A stretch of 64,000 bases of DNA from an uncultured Clostridia bacterium (GTDB taxonomy: Bacteria; Bacillota; Clostridia; Christensenellales; CAG-138). Made by a program: the position numbers and the translations under genes. The stretch covers positions 24,601-88,600 of the forward strand of contig CALVLD010000004.1 in assembly GCA_944336475.1 (NCBI GenBank), in the 5' to 3' direction. Of the stretch, positions 35,996 through 46,056 are shown in pieces. Under the pieces are notes generated by a model. It was not told the DNA's origin and did no database searches. It saw nothing but the letters and a program-made list of their open reading frames with translations. Every line of letters starts with the position of its first letter. The first letter of the stretch is position 1.

Positions 35996-37911
35996 TGATA
36001 GGCAAAGTGCTCAACGAAAGATATCGTATCGACAGCAAGATAGGCAGCGGTGGCATGGCCGACGTCTATTGTGCCTATGATTCTGCGGAAGATAGGGTCG
36101 TTGCCGTAAAGGTGCTCAAACAGGAGTATTGTGATGATCCGCAATATTTAAGGCGCTTCACTCGGGAAGCGCAGGCGATGCTTGCATTGTCGCATGAGAA
36201 TATCGTATCGCTTTACGATGTCGGCAATGACGATGACCTACACTATATTGTCATTGAATATGTAAACGGATGTACCCTTCGTGACTACATAAAACGCAAT
36301 GGTGCGCTAAAACCGCATGTTGCCGTAAGGATCATCTGCGCAGTGCTTGAGGGTCTTAAGCATGCCCATGAGAACGGGCTTATCCACAGGGACGTTAAGC
36401 CCCAAAACGTGATGATCTCTACCGATAAAAAGGTTAAACTTATGGATTTCGGCATTGCCAAATTTGCCGACAATTCAACACGCACATATGACGGAGCAGA
36501 GGCTCTGGGTTCAGTGTATTATCTTTCGCCCGAGCAGGCAAAGGGCGAGGATGTTGATGCACAAGCAGATATATACTCCACCGGCATAATGCTGTATGAG
36601 ATGCTTGTGGGTGAGCCTCCGTTTACCGGGGATACCCCTGTGCAGATCGCTCTCAAACATATAAACGATGCGCTTATTTCTCCAAATGCTGTCAATCCGC
36701 ATATACCTGTTGCAATTAGCGATGTTGTCGTGAGAGCTACCGCAAAGGACAAGGCGCTGAGATATCAGACTGCAGAAGAGATGATTCGTGATCTGATGCG
36801 CGCTTTGCGTCATCCACGCGCTCGGATAAACGTCTCAACACGAGCGACTGCGAGTGTCGACAGCACTGTTGAGCCCCAGAGGGGATCAAAAGTCGATCGT
36901 CTGGTATCAATGCTTATCATAGTCTCCGTGCTTGCCGTAGTTGCCATATTTGCGGCAATGTTCGTGGTGTGGCTTGATGGACGCACCGATGACAGGCAGT
37001 ATGTCTCCGTGCCCAACCTCCTTGGCATGAGTGTCCAAGAAGCAAGGTCATACGCCGAGAACAGGAACTTCTACTATGAGGTCGTTGGAGAGATGCCTTC
37101 AGACAATTATGCTTCCGGAGTGGTGTGCAAACAGTCTCCGGAGGGGCATCTTAGAGCGGCGCAGGGCACTACGATACAGGTATGGGTAAGCTCCGGAGGT
37201 TCGGCGACAACGGTGGTACCGGATCTCTACGGTAGGTCACTCAATGAAATAAATTATCTGCTTGAAATGGCCGGACTGACCCTTGATATGAACATCAGGT
37301 ATGAGGTCGACTCCGAGGAACTTGTGGGCCTGTGCATCAGTCAATATCCAGCCGCTGAACAAACAGCTGTGCTTGGCGATACTGTAAACGTTACAATTTG
37401 TGTTGAAGCAATAAGTGATACTCGCATAATGCCGTACTTGAACGAGTGCGACAGCGTCAACGAAGCTGTTTCGCTACTGCGCACACTTGGCATAAATAAG
37501 TACATGATACATGTTAGCGATTATGCTGAAACCGGCGAGGAATACCGGGAAGGACAGATAGTAAGTCAATTTCCTGCAGGAGGAGTGGACATAATCTACT
37601 CCGCCATAACCGTACATATCTACATCTACAAAGCCTCTCCGGGTGATTATGTAGCTGATTTCTCACAAATACTCGAGCTCACGGCAGAAAGCAACGATAT
37701 CCTCGTTACGTTGGAAACCGGCTATATTGGCGAAGTGGTAATCTTTGAAACCGAGTTGGGTGCAGGGTCACATACAGTTCCGTTTACGGCACGATTCTGG
37801 ACGGAGGGGAATTATAAATGCCATGTTTATGTTAACGGTGTGGAGTATACGCAGTTCTGGAAGGAGTTTACACTGCCAATTAACGCATTAGGAGGCGGTT
37901 CTAACGGCTGA
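35995..37911 (+). CDS. prkC: Ser/Thr protein kinase with three PASTA repeats (PrkC)
   Basis: Hanks kinase motifs GSGGMADVY, VAVKVL, HRDVKPQN and DFGIA. One TM segment, three PASTA-like repeats and a beta-rich C-terminal domain. Confidence 0.95.
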   Translation: MIGKVLNERYRIDSKIGSGGMADVYCAYDSAEDRVVAVKVLKQEYCDDPQYLRRFTREAQAMLALSHENIVSLYDVGNDDDLHYIVIEYVNGCTLRDYIKRNGALKPHVAVRIICAVLEGLKHAHENGLIHRDVKPQNVMISTDKKVKLMDFGIAKFADNSTRTYDGAEALGSVYYLSPEQAKGEDVDAQADIYSTGIMLYEMLVGEPPFTGDTPVQIALKHINDALISPNAVNPHIPVAISDVVVRATAKDKALRYQTAEEMIRDLMRALRHPRARINVSTRATASVDSTVEPQRGSKVDRLVSMLIIVSVLAVVAIFAAMFVVWLDGRTDDRQYVSVPNLLGMSVQEARSYAENRNFYYEVVGEMPSDNYASGVVCKQSPEGHLRAAQGTTIQVWVSSGGSATTVVPDLYGRSLNEINYLLEMAGLTLDMNIRYEVDSEELVGLCISQYPAAEQTAVLGDTVNVTICVEAISDTRIMPYLNECDSVNEAVSLLRTLGINKYMIHVSDYAETGEEYREGQIVSQFPAGGVDIIYSAITVHIYIYKASPGDYVADFSQILELTAESNDILVTLETGYIGEVVIFETELGAGSHTVPFTARFWTEGNYKCHVYVNGVEYTQFWKEFTLPINALGGGSNG

Positions 37912-37936
37912 ATTTTCCGGGAAAATACTAAAAGGC

Positions 37937-38788
37937 GTGGGCGGATTTTATACCGTTTTGAGCAACAATGAGACGTATGTCTGCAAGGCTCGAGGGCTGT
38001 TTCGCAAGAGCGGCGAGGTGCCTCTCCCTGGTGATGATGTGGTGTTCTCCGTTGATCAGCGAGGGAATGGATATCTGCTTCAGATCTCCGCCAGGAAGAA
38101 TCTGCTTTTAAGGCCGAGCGTCGCCAACATAGATATGCTGCTCATAGTTATTTCCGCAGTTGATCCGGTGCCGGATTATGAGCTTGTCGATAAGCTTTTG
38201 CTGTATTGCCGACATCAGGACATTATTCCCGTATTGGTCGTCAATAAATGCGATGCCGGAGAGTGTCCTGCTTCCCAAAGGGCGAGGCTGCGTTACTCCG
38301 GCGCCGAGATTGAGATAATAAATGTGTCCGCGCAGTCCGGATTCGGCATGGATGCGCTTGCGAATCTTCTTGACGGAAGAACCATCTGTCTTGCAGGCCA
38401 GTCAGCCGTTGGGAAATCATCACTGCTGAATTCACTGTTGGGACTTTCGCTCAAAACTGGCGAGCTGTCGCATAAAACAGACCGAGGGAGGCATACGACG
38501 CGCCATGCCGAGCTTCTGCAAATTCCTACCGGCGGGCTTATTGCAGATACACCAGGGTTCAGCATGCTTGAGGGAATATCAATCGAACCTTCCGAAATCC
38601 CTAAGCTATATCCCGAATTCAGCAACGTAATGGGATTTTGCAGATTCAACGGATGCCTGCACACGGCGGAGCCGGATTGTGTCGTAAAGGCGGCTGTTGA
38701 ATCGGGGCAGATATCGGGCGAGCGTTACGAAAGCTATACAAGGATTATGAATGAAGCTATTGAAGCAAGGAGGAATAGATATGATTAA
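37937..38788 (+). CDS. rsgA: Ribosome small-subunit GTPase RsgA/CpgA
   Basis: Permuted GTPase with VVNKCD before [12 protein letters not shown]. Zn site [17 protein letters not shown] 37937 is the first canonical start, but homology appears to extend upstream (see findings). Confidence 0.88.
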   Translation: MGGFYTVLSNNETYVCKARGLFRKSGEVPLPGDDVVFSVDQRGNGYLLQISARKNLLLRPSVANIDMLLIVISAVDPVPDYELVDKLLLYCRHQDIIPVLVVNKCDAGECPASQRARLRYSGAEIEIINVSAQSGFGMDALANLLDGRTICLAGQSAVGKSSLLNSLLGLSLKTGELSHKTDRGRHTTRHAELLQIPTGGLIADTPGFSMLEGISIEPSEIPKLYPEFSNVMGFCRFNGCLHTAEPDCVVKAAVESGQISGERYESYTRIMNEAIEARRNRYD

Positions 38789-39434
38789 GGTTGCACCTTC
38801 TATACTTTCAGCGGATTTTGCGGCACTCGGCAGGGAGGTTGAGATGCTTGCGGCAATGAGCGCCGACTATGTTCACTTTGATGTAATGGATGGGCATTTT
38901 GTCCCAAACATAACTTTCGGTGCACCCATGTGCAAGGCGCTCCGTAGACACACCGAGCTTGTGTTTGACGTGCATCTTATGGTTTCCGCGCCCGCAATGT
39001 GGATAAAGAGCTTTGCGGATGCCGGGGCAGATATAATCACCATACACACAGAAGCTGACCACCACGCTCATAGAACGCTCGATCTTATACATGCCAGTGG
39101 TAAAAAAGCCGGCATTGCGCTCAATCCATCGACTCCACCCAACGCTGTCGAGTATTTGCTCGACAGTTGTGATATGGTACTTGTGATGAGTGTGAATCCC
39201 GGGTTCGGCGGTCAGTCGTTTATACCTTCTTCTCTTGAAAAGATAAGGGTGATACGCCGAATGATAGCTGACAGGGGGCTTTCGATCGATATTGAGGTTG
39301 ACGGCGGGGTAACTCCTGAAACAGCAAAGCTGTGCCGTGAGGCAGGAGCAAATGTGCTCGTTGCAGGCAATGCGGTGTTTGGCGTCGATGACAGGCGTGA
39401 TGCCATAGCGCAGATAAGAGGCATATATGGCTAA
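38781..39434 (+). CDS. rpe: Ribulose-phosphate 3-epimerase
   Basis: [29 protein letters not shown] and [18 protein letters not shown] lies upstream of the ATG at 38781. Confidence 0.95.
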   Translation: MIKVAPSILSADFAALGREVEMLAAMSADYVHFDVMDGHFVPNITFGAPMCKALRRHTELVFDVHLMVSAPAMWIKSFADAGADIITIHTEADHHAHRTLDLIHASGKKAGIALNPSTPPNAVEYLLDSCDMVLVMSVNPGFGGQSFIPSSLEKIRVIRRMIADRGLSIDIEVDGGVTPETAKLCREAGANVLVAGNAVFGVDDRRDAIAQIRGIYG

Positions 39435-41841
39435 AAGAAACAGTGGCGATACAACGATTCACGACGAGGTGTTCAACGTTGTCAGCATGGACAGCGTTAT
39501 GCACAACTCTATGCTGCCTTATGCAGAACACGTTATACTTGAGCGTGCCCTTCCTCGTATTGAGGACGGGCTTAAGCCAGTCCAACGAAGAATTCTCTAT
39601 ACAATGTCCGAGCTTGGCATAACACCCGACAAGCCACATAAAAAATCCGCAAGGATAGTGGGAGAATGTCTGGGCAAATTTCATCCGCATGGAGACAGCT
39701 CCGTTTATGATGCAATGGTCAGAATGGCGCAGAGCTTTAACATGCGTGTACCGCTTGTTGACGGACATGGCAATTTCGGCAGCGTTGACGGCGATTCGGC
39801 TGCGGCAATGCGATATACAGAGGCTCGCCTTGCACCTGCCGCCATGCCAATGCTTTGCGATTTGGACAAGGATACCGTAAAGTTTGGACTTAACTTTGAC
39901 GATTCGCTAAAAGAGCCCGAGCTGCTTCCCGGACGGTTTCCAAACCTGCTTATAAACGGTGCAAATGGAATTGCCGTCGGCCTAACAACATCCATACCGC
40001 CTCATAACCCGACAGAGGTTATCAATGCAGTCATTGCACGGATGGATAATCCTAAAATAGGCGTCAAGGAACTAATGGAGATTATGCCGGGGCCCGATTT
40101 CCCGACAGGCGGTTACATAATTCGATCTGATGAGATCCGAGCCTCTTATGAGACCGGGCGCGGTAAACTTATAAACCGTGCAAAAACCCATTTAGAGACT
40201 GCAAAGAACGGGCGTAAGCTTATAGTTATCACCGAGTTCCCCTTCCAGGTCAACAAGGCAGCTGCCCTTGAGAAGGTACTCAAGCTCGTGCAGGAGAAAA
40301 AGTCGACATTCGGAAGTGTTACGGATATAAGGGACGAGTCGGACAGGTCTGGAACCCGCGCCGTGATTGAGCTGAGAAAGGATGCGGATGAGCAGAAGAT
40401 ACTCCGCCGTCTATTCAAGTATTCTGATCTGCAAAAGACATTTGGCGTGATAATGGTAGCCATTGCGGACGGTAAGCCGAAGCTGCTCTCATTAATCGAG
40501 GTATTGGATCACTATATTCGCCATCAGGAGGACGTCGTCACCAGACGCAGCCGCTTTGAACTTGAAGCAGCTGAAAAGCGTGTCCACATTCTGGACGGTC
40601 TTTTGATCGCCCTGCTCAATATCGACGAGGTCATTGCGCTCATACGGGCATCAAAGTCCCCCAAAATTGCCAAGCAGGGGCTGATTGAGCGCTTCGATCT
40701 GACTGCGGTACAGGCGGATGCAATACTCGATCTACGCTTGCAGAGGCTTACAAATCTTGAGCAGATTGCGATACAGCGCGAGCATGATGACTGCATGAGG
40801 AATATTGCAAGACTCAAGGGCGTTCTAAGCTCCAAGACAAAGCTGCACGATCTCATAAAACGAGAGCTCCGTGAGATCGGCAATACCATTGCGGATACAA
40901 GGCGCACGCAAATAATCGATGACGATATCCTGTCGGAGGATGATATTGACGAAGCCGTCAGCGCGGAGCCTGTGGCCGTTATGGTGCTTAAAGACAATAA
41001 GCTTCGCCGTATGCCGATAAAGCTTATGTCTCCTGAACTGATCGAGGCCGAGCGGCCTCTCGCTGCATACCAAACCGATACAAATGCAAGTCTGCGCTTG
41101 TTTACAAGCCATGGCTTTATGCTCACGGTTGCGGTTTCCGACATTCCAGAGACAAAACCTGCGGCACGCCCCGCAAACCTCTCTTCGATTATTCCTATAG
41201 AGGCAGGGGAGACGGTGTTCTCATCCCATATAGGTGAATGGCCGGCGGGCAGGCTTGCGTTCTATACCTCGCATGGCATGGTCAAGGCAACGCCTGTTGA
41301 GGAGTATCATACACGCACAAAACGTCTCACTGCGCTGGGTTTAAAGGATGGAGATCAGCTTATCAATGTCGAGTGGCTTAAGGATGAGGCATATTCTATC
41401 ATGATGATAACCAAAAAGGGTATGTCGATACGCTTTTCTGCTGACAGCGTACCCTCGACGGGCCGACAGAGCGTGGGCGTTCACGGCATAAAGCTTGATG
41501 CAGGTGACAGCGTTATCTATTCAGAAGCAATAAACGACGAAGGCGAGATACTTACCGTATCCGACAGGGGCTACATGAAGCGTAGCTTTGTGTTTGACCA
41601 TGAGTTACAGGGCAGGAACGGACGCGGGAGCATGTGTTTCGGCTTTAAGAAGAACGGTTCAAACGGTAGCGAGCTGCTCTGCGCCATGCATGTGCTTGAA
41701 CCCAGAGATATTGCTTTTACACAGGCCCATGGTACACGAACGGTGATAAATACCGAGGACGTCAACATTGAACCGAGGAATGGACGGGGGCAGTTGATGG
41801 TAATGGTGCTTCTGGATGATGTTATAATATCGGTTGAGTAA
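39427..41841 (+). CDS. parC: Type IIA topoisomerase subunit A, ParC-like (no GyrA box)
   Basis: [15 protein letters not shown] and the catalytic-Tyr region [10 protein letters not shown]. The C-terminal beta-pinwheel region has no QRRGGKG-type GyrA box. Not adjacent to a B subunit or to dnaA/dnaN. Confidence 0.82.
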   Translation: MAKRNSGDTTIHDEVFNVVSMDSVMHNSMLPYAEHVILERALPRIEDGLKPVQRRILYTMSELGITPDKPHKKSARIVGECLGKFHPHGDSSVYDAMVRMAQSFNMRVPLVDGHGNFGSVDGDSAAAMRYTEARLAPAAMPMLCDLDKDTVKFGLNFDDSLKEPELLPGRFPNLLINGANGIAVGLTTSIPPHNPTEVINAVIARMDNPKIGVKELMEIMPGPDFPTGGYIIRSDEIRASYETGRGKLINRAKTHLETAKNGRKLIVITEFPFQVNKAAALEKVLKLVQEKKSTFGSVTDIRDESDRSGTRAVIELRKDADEQKILRRLFKYSDLQKTFGVIMVAIADGKPKLLSLIEVLDHYIRHQEDVVTRRSRFELEAAEKRVHILDGLLIALLNIDEVIALIRASKSPKIAKQGLIERFDLTAVQADAILDLRLQRLTNLEQIAIQREHDDCMRNIARLKGVLSSKTKLHDLIKRELREIGNTIADTRRTQIIDDDILSEDDIDEAVSAEPVAVMVLKDNKLRRMPIKLMSPELIEAERPLAAYQTDTNASLRLFTSHGFMLTVAVSDIPETKPAARPANLSSIIPIEAGETVFSSHIGEWPAGRLAFYTSHGMVKATPVEEYHTRTKRLTALGLKDGDQLINVEWLKDEAYSIMMITKKGMSIRFSADSVPSTGRQSVGVHGIKLDAGDSVIYSEAINDEGEILTVSDRGYMKRSFVFDHELQGRNGRGSMCFGFKKNGSNGSELLCAMHVLEPRDIAFTQAHGTRTVINTEDVNIEPRNGRGQLMVMVLLDDVIISVE

Positions 41842-41860
41842 AATATACTAAAAAACTTGC

Positions 41861-41889
41861 TTTACAAAACGGCTCTGCTGTCGTATAAT
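41861..41889 (+). promoter_or_regulatory. Sigma-A promoter for tRNA-Ala
   Basis: TTTACA (41861-41866), 17-nt spacer, TATAAT (41884-41889), 13 nt upstream of the tRNA 5' end. Confidence 0.6.
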
Positions 41890-41902
41890 AGCAGGGCGTC
41901 GA

Positions 41903-41979
41903 GGGGCTTTAGCGAAGTTGGCTATCGCGCTACACTGGCAGTGTAGAGATCACCGGTTCGAATCCGGTAAGCTCCACCA
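41903..41979 (+). tRNA. tRNA-Ala (anticodon GGC), CCA encoded
   Basis: Folded by hand into a cloverleaf. Acceptor GGGGCTT/AAGCTCC with the G3:U70 alanine identity pair. D stem GCGA/TCGC. Anticodon stem CTACA/TGTAG with loop CTGGCAG. T arm ACCGG-TTCGAAT-CCGGT. Discriminator A, then CCA. Confidence 0.93.
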
Positions 41980-41980
41980 A

Positions 41981-42024
41981 AAAGAGACAAACTTGTTTTT
42001 GAGCAGGCTTGTCTCTTTATTTAA
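41981..42024. terminator. Bidirectional rho-independent terminator (tRNA-Ala / convergent ABC permease)
   Basis: AAAGAGACAA..(18 nt)..TTGTCTCTTT, a 10-bp stem with T-rich tracts on both strands. Confidence 0.7.
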
Positions 42025-42052
42025 TTCACTATTATGAAAATATGTGCTCGAA

Positions 42053-45000
42053 CTACTCGACCGACTTAAGTGAGTCTGCCATATCTATGTTTGCTATCTT
42101 CTGGCGCAGCATAAGGCTCACAATATAGGTGAGACCGAATGATATAAGAACCGTGTAAAGATATGACTGCGGCAGTGCAGACGAGTTGAACGAGACAAAG
42201 TCTATCTTAATTTCACCCATAACATACTTAAGCAATAGAAGCCCTAACGGAATGCCGACAGCCGTACCCAATACGGTGAGTATGGCGTTTTCTCTGAAAA
42301 CATAAGCATAAGTTTCATTTGAATAGAAGCCAAGCACCTTTATTGTAGCAATCTCCCTCGCACGCTCGGTTATGTTGATGTAGGTAAGGTTGTAGATAAC
42401 GATAAATGCAAGTGCGGATGCGCTTAATATCACCAGCAGCACAACATAGTTGAGGCTTTCCATCATGTTTTCTACTCGATCACGAAGCTCCTGAACCACC
42501 GATACTGCCTCAACATCGTCAAAAGTCGATATTGCCTGCGCAGTTCCAAAGGTGTCTCCCTGCGCATCAGTTGCGTAAGCAACCTTATACACGGGGTAGG
42601 TATTGAAGGTGTCTGAGTAAGTTTCACCTGTCATAAACAAATAGTTGTATATGTAGTTGTCAAATATCCCCGATATCTCGATCTCTACTGTCTCGGTATC
42701 GGAAATGTAGAGGGATATAGAGTCCCCAACCTTGATCCCGGCTAACTCTGCAGCCTTTTTACTGACTATGGCCTTACCTCTTTCCGGATACTCCACCGAA
42801 ACGCCGTCATCGGCAAAGCCCATTATGTTATTTATGGCTTCATCGTCTGTCGCAACCACATACAGGCTCTTTCTTCCGTCTTTGCAGACGTAATCAAACT
42901 GCTCGTTAGTAGCATAAACACATTCGGCCAGGTACTCGCTTGAACGCTGTTCAAAGTCTGCAATGGTTTCAACGGTCTGCTCCGAGCCGAAGAAGATGGT
43001 ATAATCAAAAAGCATTATCTCATCAAATTGGTCCTCTGCCAGATTGGCTATGCAGTCCCCTAAGCCAAACCCGGTGAGGATCAGCGCAGTACATCCGCCG
43101 ATGCCAACAAGCATCATAAACATGCGCTTCTTGTACCGAATGATGTTGCGTATAGAGACCTTTTGCAGGAAACGGATACGATTCCAAATCACAGGAATGC
43201 GCTCAATGAATATGCGTTTTCCGGCCTTGGGAGCACTGGGACGCATCAGTGAAGCGGGCATACGGGAGAGCTCGCCACGACAGGTGACCCATGTAACACC
43301 TATTGAGCAGATCATCGAAAGACCCAGAGAAATGATAGCAAGGTTCAAGTCCAGCACATATTCTATGGGGCCGAAGTTGTACAGTATACCGTATGCCATC
43401 CATATGGCGCTCGGGAAGAGCCATATTCCTATAAAGTAGCCCAAAACGCAGCCTATCAGAGCTGCACTGCCTGAATAGGCCAGATACTTGAAGGTTATCA
43501 GAGTGTCGCTGTATCCAAGCGCCTTAAATGTTCCGATCTGTGTACGCTGCTCATTTACCATGCGTGACATCGTTGTGGTGCAAACAAGTATGGCAACGAG
43601 GAAGAAGAAGAGCGGGAATACCTTTGCAATGCCGCTGACAATGCCGGAATCACTTTCAAAACAGGCATAGCCTGTGTTGGAGTTTCTGTCCAACGCATAA
43701 CAGTACAGACCGGGAACTATGTCATATACATCCTGCCATGCCAAGTCAAGTTCTGCCTGGGCATTGTCCAGCTCTCGCTTTCCATTGCGCAGCTCCTTCA
43801 TAGCAGCAAGGCGGCCTGACGAGAATTCGCGCATTCCGTTGGAAAATTCGTTCTTGGCATCCTCGAGTAGTGCCCATCCCCGTTCGATCTCATTTTCAGC
43901 TTGAGCTATCTCGGCTGCGGCCGCATTTAGTTGAGCTTTTGCATCGTTAAGCTGAGCCTCGTATTCGTCCAACTCCTGATACGCCAGTGATTCATATGCG
44001 ACAAGCTCTCCCTGTGCTACCCGTATACTCAGCAGGGCAAGCCTAAGCAGTGAGGCAGCTTCGGCAGTCTCAGTGCCGTCAAGCTCTTGTATCGTCTGCT
44101 GTATTGACTCAAGCAGCTCGGAAAGCGTTGAATATAGCGGATCTGACGGCTCAAGCGTATCGAGTACGGATTGGATCTGCTCAGCATATTCTGTCAGTAT
44201 ATCAATGATATTAATCGTCTCGCCGGCGTCGTAGAGCCGGATAGCTTCAATTACCCGTTCCTCAAGACCATCGAGCATTGAGTGCAAGGAAGCAAAAAGT
44301 TGCTCCATCTGTGCCTTTTGCTCATTAAATTCCGCCAGACCTGCCTGGTATTCCTCATATGCCGTCTCATATTGCGCCCTGGCACGCACAAGCTTCCTTT
44401 CACCTTCAATAAGATCCTGTTCAGATTCGACGATCTGATCGTAAGCTTTAAGAAGATCTTCGTACGCTGCAGAGAGCTGATCCTCCACGGAGGCCTTTTG
44501 AGCTTCATACTCATCATAAGCGGCGTCGAGCTCCTCCTGTGCGGCAAAGAGCTCGGCATCTATTTCCTCATATAGCGCAAGCTTGCGAAGTTCGCCTCTC
44601 TCATCGAGCTTGTGAAGCAGCTCATCCTTGTGTACGGCAACTGCGGAATCGTACTCGTCGCTGTAGATCTCTCCGTCAACGTCAAGGTCGACAAAAATCT
44701 GCGTATAGTAATCGATGTTGAAACCGTCAATCGGGATGTATATGTAGCTGTAAACCGAACCGCTGCCCAACTGAGACGTACCGCGCTCGATATTAAAATA
44801 GTTCACCGAGGTACACAGTCCGACTATAGTATATTCACGAAACTTAAATGTTGAAAGGGTATCCTCGGGGTTCGAGTCCGAAAGAACGATTTTTGTGCCA
44901 ATGTCCGCAGAATCGAACAGCAATGCGTCCGCCACGCATTCATCAGGACTATTCGGCAGGCGACCCTCTTTTATATTGAGATGGTTAAGATCTTCGGTTA

Positions 45001-45343
45001 TGGAGTGAGCGGTGAGAACATTATGCTCACCCTTCTTGTTATAATACAGAAAATCAGCAAAGCATGCGCCCTCGGCCGCAACAACGCCATCCTGCGCATT
45101 AAAGTACTCAACATCGTCCGAAGTGAGCCCAAGGGTCGAAATCAAGCGAAGATCATACATCGCCGACTCGTTAACATAGGTGCTGCATGTTGCAAGCATC
45201 GCACTTTGGGAGACCTTTAATCCCGAAAAGAAACCTACGCCTATGGCAATGATGGCCAGGATTGCAATATATCTTCCCAATGTCCTGCGAATTTCGCGAA
45301 GATTGTTTTTTGTCCATGCATCGACTCTGCCCTTCTTCACCAT
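42053..45343 (-). CDS. MacB/FtsX-type ABC transporter permease with duplicated FtsX modules and a long coiled-coil ectodomain insertion
   Basis: 1096 aa. N-terminal TM segment, a large external domain, an FtsX 3-TM block (VFPLFFFLVAILVCTTTMSRMVNEQRTQIGTFKALGY), a second TM segment plus ectodomain, and a second FtsX block (..ERAREIATIKVLGF). Residues ~235-540 are heptad-like and rich in A/E/Q/L. Confidence 0.9.
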   Translation of the reverse strand: MVKKGRVDAWTKNNLREIRRTLGRYIAILAIIAIGVGFFSGLKVSQSAMLATCSTYVNESAMYDLRLISTLGLTSDDVEYFNAQDGVVAAEGACFADFLYYNKKGEHNVLTAHSITEDLNHLNIKEGRLPNSPDECVADALLFDSADIGTKIVLSDSNPEDTLSTFKFREYTIVGLCTSVNYFNIERGTSQLGSGSVYSYIYIPIDGFNIDYYTQIFVDLDVDGEIYSDEYDSAVAVHKDELLHKLDERGELRKLALYEEIDAELFAAQEELDAAYDEYEAQKASVEDQLSAAYEDLLKAYDQIVESEQDLIEGERKLVRARAQYETAYEEYQAGLAEFNEQKAQMEQLFASLHSMLDGLEERVIEAIRLYDAGETINIIDILTEYAEQIQSVLDTLEPSDPLYSTLSELLESIQQTIQELDGTETAEAASLLRLALLSIRVAQGELVAYESLAYQELDEYEAQLNDAKAQLNAAAAEIAQAENEIERGWALLEDAKNEFSNGMREFSSGRLAAMKELRNGKRELDNAQAELDLAWQDVYDIVPGLYCYALDRNSNTGYACFESDSGIVSGIAKVFPLFFFLVAILVCTTTMSRMVNEQRTQIGTFKALGYSDTLITFKYLAYSGSAALIGCVLGYFIGIWLFPSAIWMAYGILYNFGPIEYVLDLNLAIISLGLSMICSIGVTWVTCRGELSRMPASLMRPSAPKAGKRIFIERIPVIWNRIRFLQKVSIRNIIRYKKRMFMMLVGIGGCTALILTGFGLGDCIANLAEDQFDEIMLFDYTIFFGSEQTVETIADFEQRSSEYLAECVYATNEQFDYVCKDGRKSLYVVATDDEAINNIMGFADDGVSVEYPERGKAIVSKKAAELAGIKVGDSISLYISDTETVEIEISGIFDNYIYNYLFMTGETYSDTFNTYPVYKVAYATDAQGDTFGTAQAISTFDDVEAVSVVQELRDRVENMMESLNYVVLLVILSASALAFIVIYNLTYINITERAREIATIKVLGFYSNETYAYVFRENAILTVLGTAVGIPLGLLLLKYVMGEIKIDFVSFNSSALPQSYLYTVLISFGLTYIVSLMLRQKIANIDMADSLKSVE

Positions 45344-46041
45344 TCAATATCCTCCACGGGCGTTGGGCTGCTGCTTGTTTCAACGGAAACTATGGTTCCG
45401 CTCTTGACCCGTATGACCCGGTCAGCCATAGCCGATAGAGCAGAGTTGTGCGTAATTATGACGACCGTCATGCCGTCATTGCGACATTTATCCTGCAATA
45501 GGGCAAGTATGGACTTGCCGGTCACATAATCAAGTGCGCCGGTCGGTTCGTCGCAAAGTAACAGCTTGGGGCGCTTTGCAATTGCTCTGGCTATTGCAAC
45601 ACGCTGCTGTTCCCCACCGGACAACTGCGCCGGAAAGTTTCGCATGCGCTCGCCAAGACCGACATCATTTAATATCACATCGGCAGGTATAGGATCCTTT
45701 GTAAGCTGCGAGGCTATCTCAACATTTTCGCGGGCCGTAAGATTTGGTATCAGGTTGTAAAATTGAAACACAAAGCCAATGTCCGTCCGCCTATACGAAG
45801 CAAGAGCGTGCTTGTTGAACGCCGTTATCTCAGCATCGCCGAGGTAAACCCTGCCTGACGTCGGGGTATCCATGCCACCGAGTATATTGAGGAGAGTTGT
45901 CTTGCCCGCGCCGGATTGACCGACTATCACGCAAAGCTCACCCTGCTCTATCTCAAAACTGACATCTTTTAGTGCATCGATGGTTATATCGCCGGAATGA
46001 TACTGCTTACCGACATTTTCAAAGCGAACGAACGATGACAT
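45337..46041 (-). CDS. ABC transporter ATP-binding protein (MacB/LolD-like)
   Basis: Walker [10 protein letters not shown], signature [14 protein letters not shown] and Walker B LLLCDEPT. Overlaps the permease start by 7 nt. Confidence 0.95.
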   Translation of the reverse strand: MSSFVRFENVGKQYHSGDITIDALKDVSFEIEQGELCVIVGQSGAGKTTLLNILGGMDTPTSGRVYLGDAEITAFNKHALASYRRTDIGFVFQFYNLIPNLTARENVEIASQLTKDPIPADVILNDVGLGERMRNFPAQLSGGEQQRVAIARAIAKRPKLLLCDEPTGALDYVTGKSILALLQDKCRNDGMTVVIITHNSALSAMADRVIRVKSGTIVSVETSSSPTPVEDIEW

Positions 46042-46056
46042 TCATTGACCTCCTGA

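Noticed and set aside
36380-36388. Perfect DnaA-box nonamer TTATCCACA.
   Set aside because: It is a single occurrence inside the prkC coding region, with no cluster, no AT-rich unwinding element and no dnaA/dnaN nearby. This is expected by chance.
39427-41841. Calling the subunit A/B genes gyrA and gyrB.
   Set aside because: There is no GyrA box in the C-terminal domain. The genes are not adjacent to each other or to dnaA/dnaN/recF. A ParC/ParE-like call is preferred, but it is only certain once the rest of the genome is inspected.
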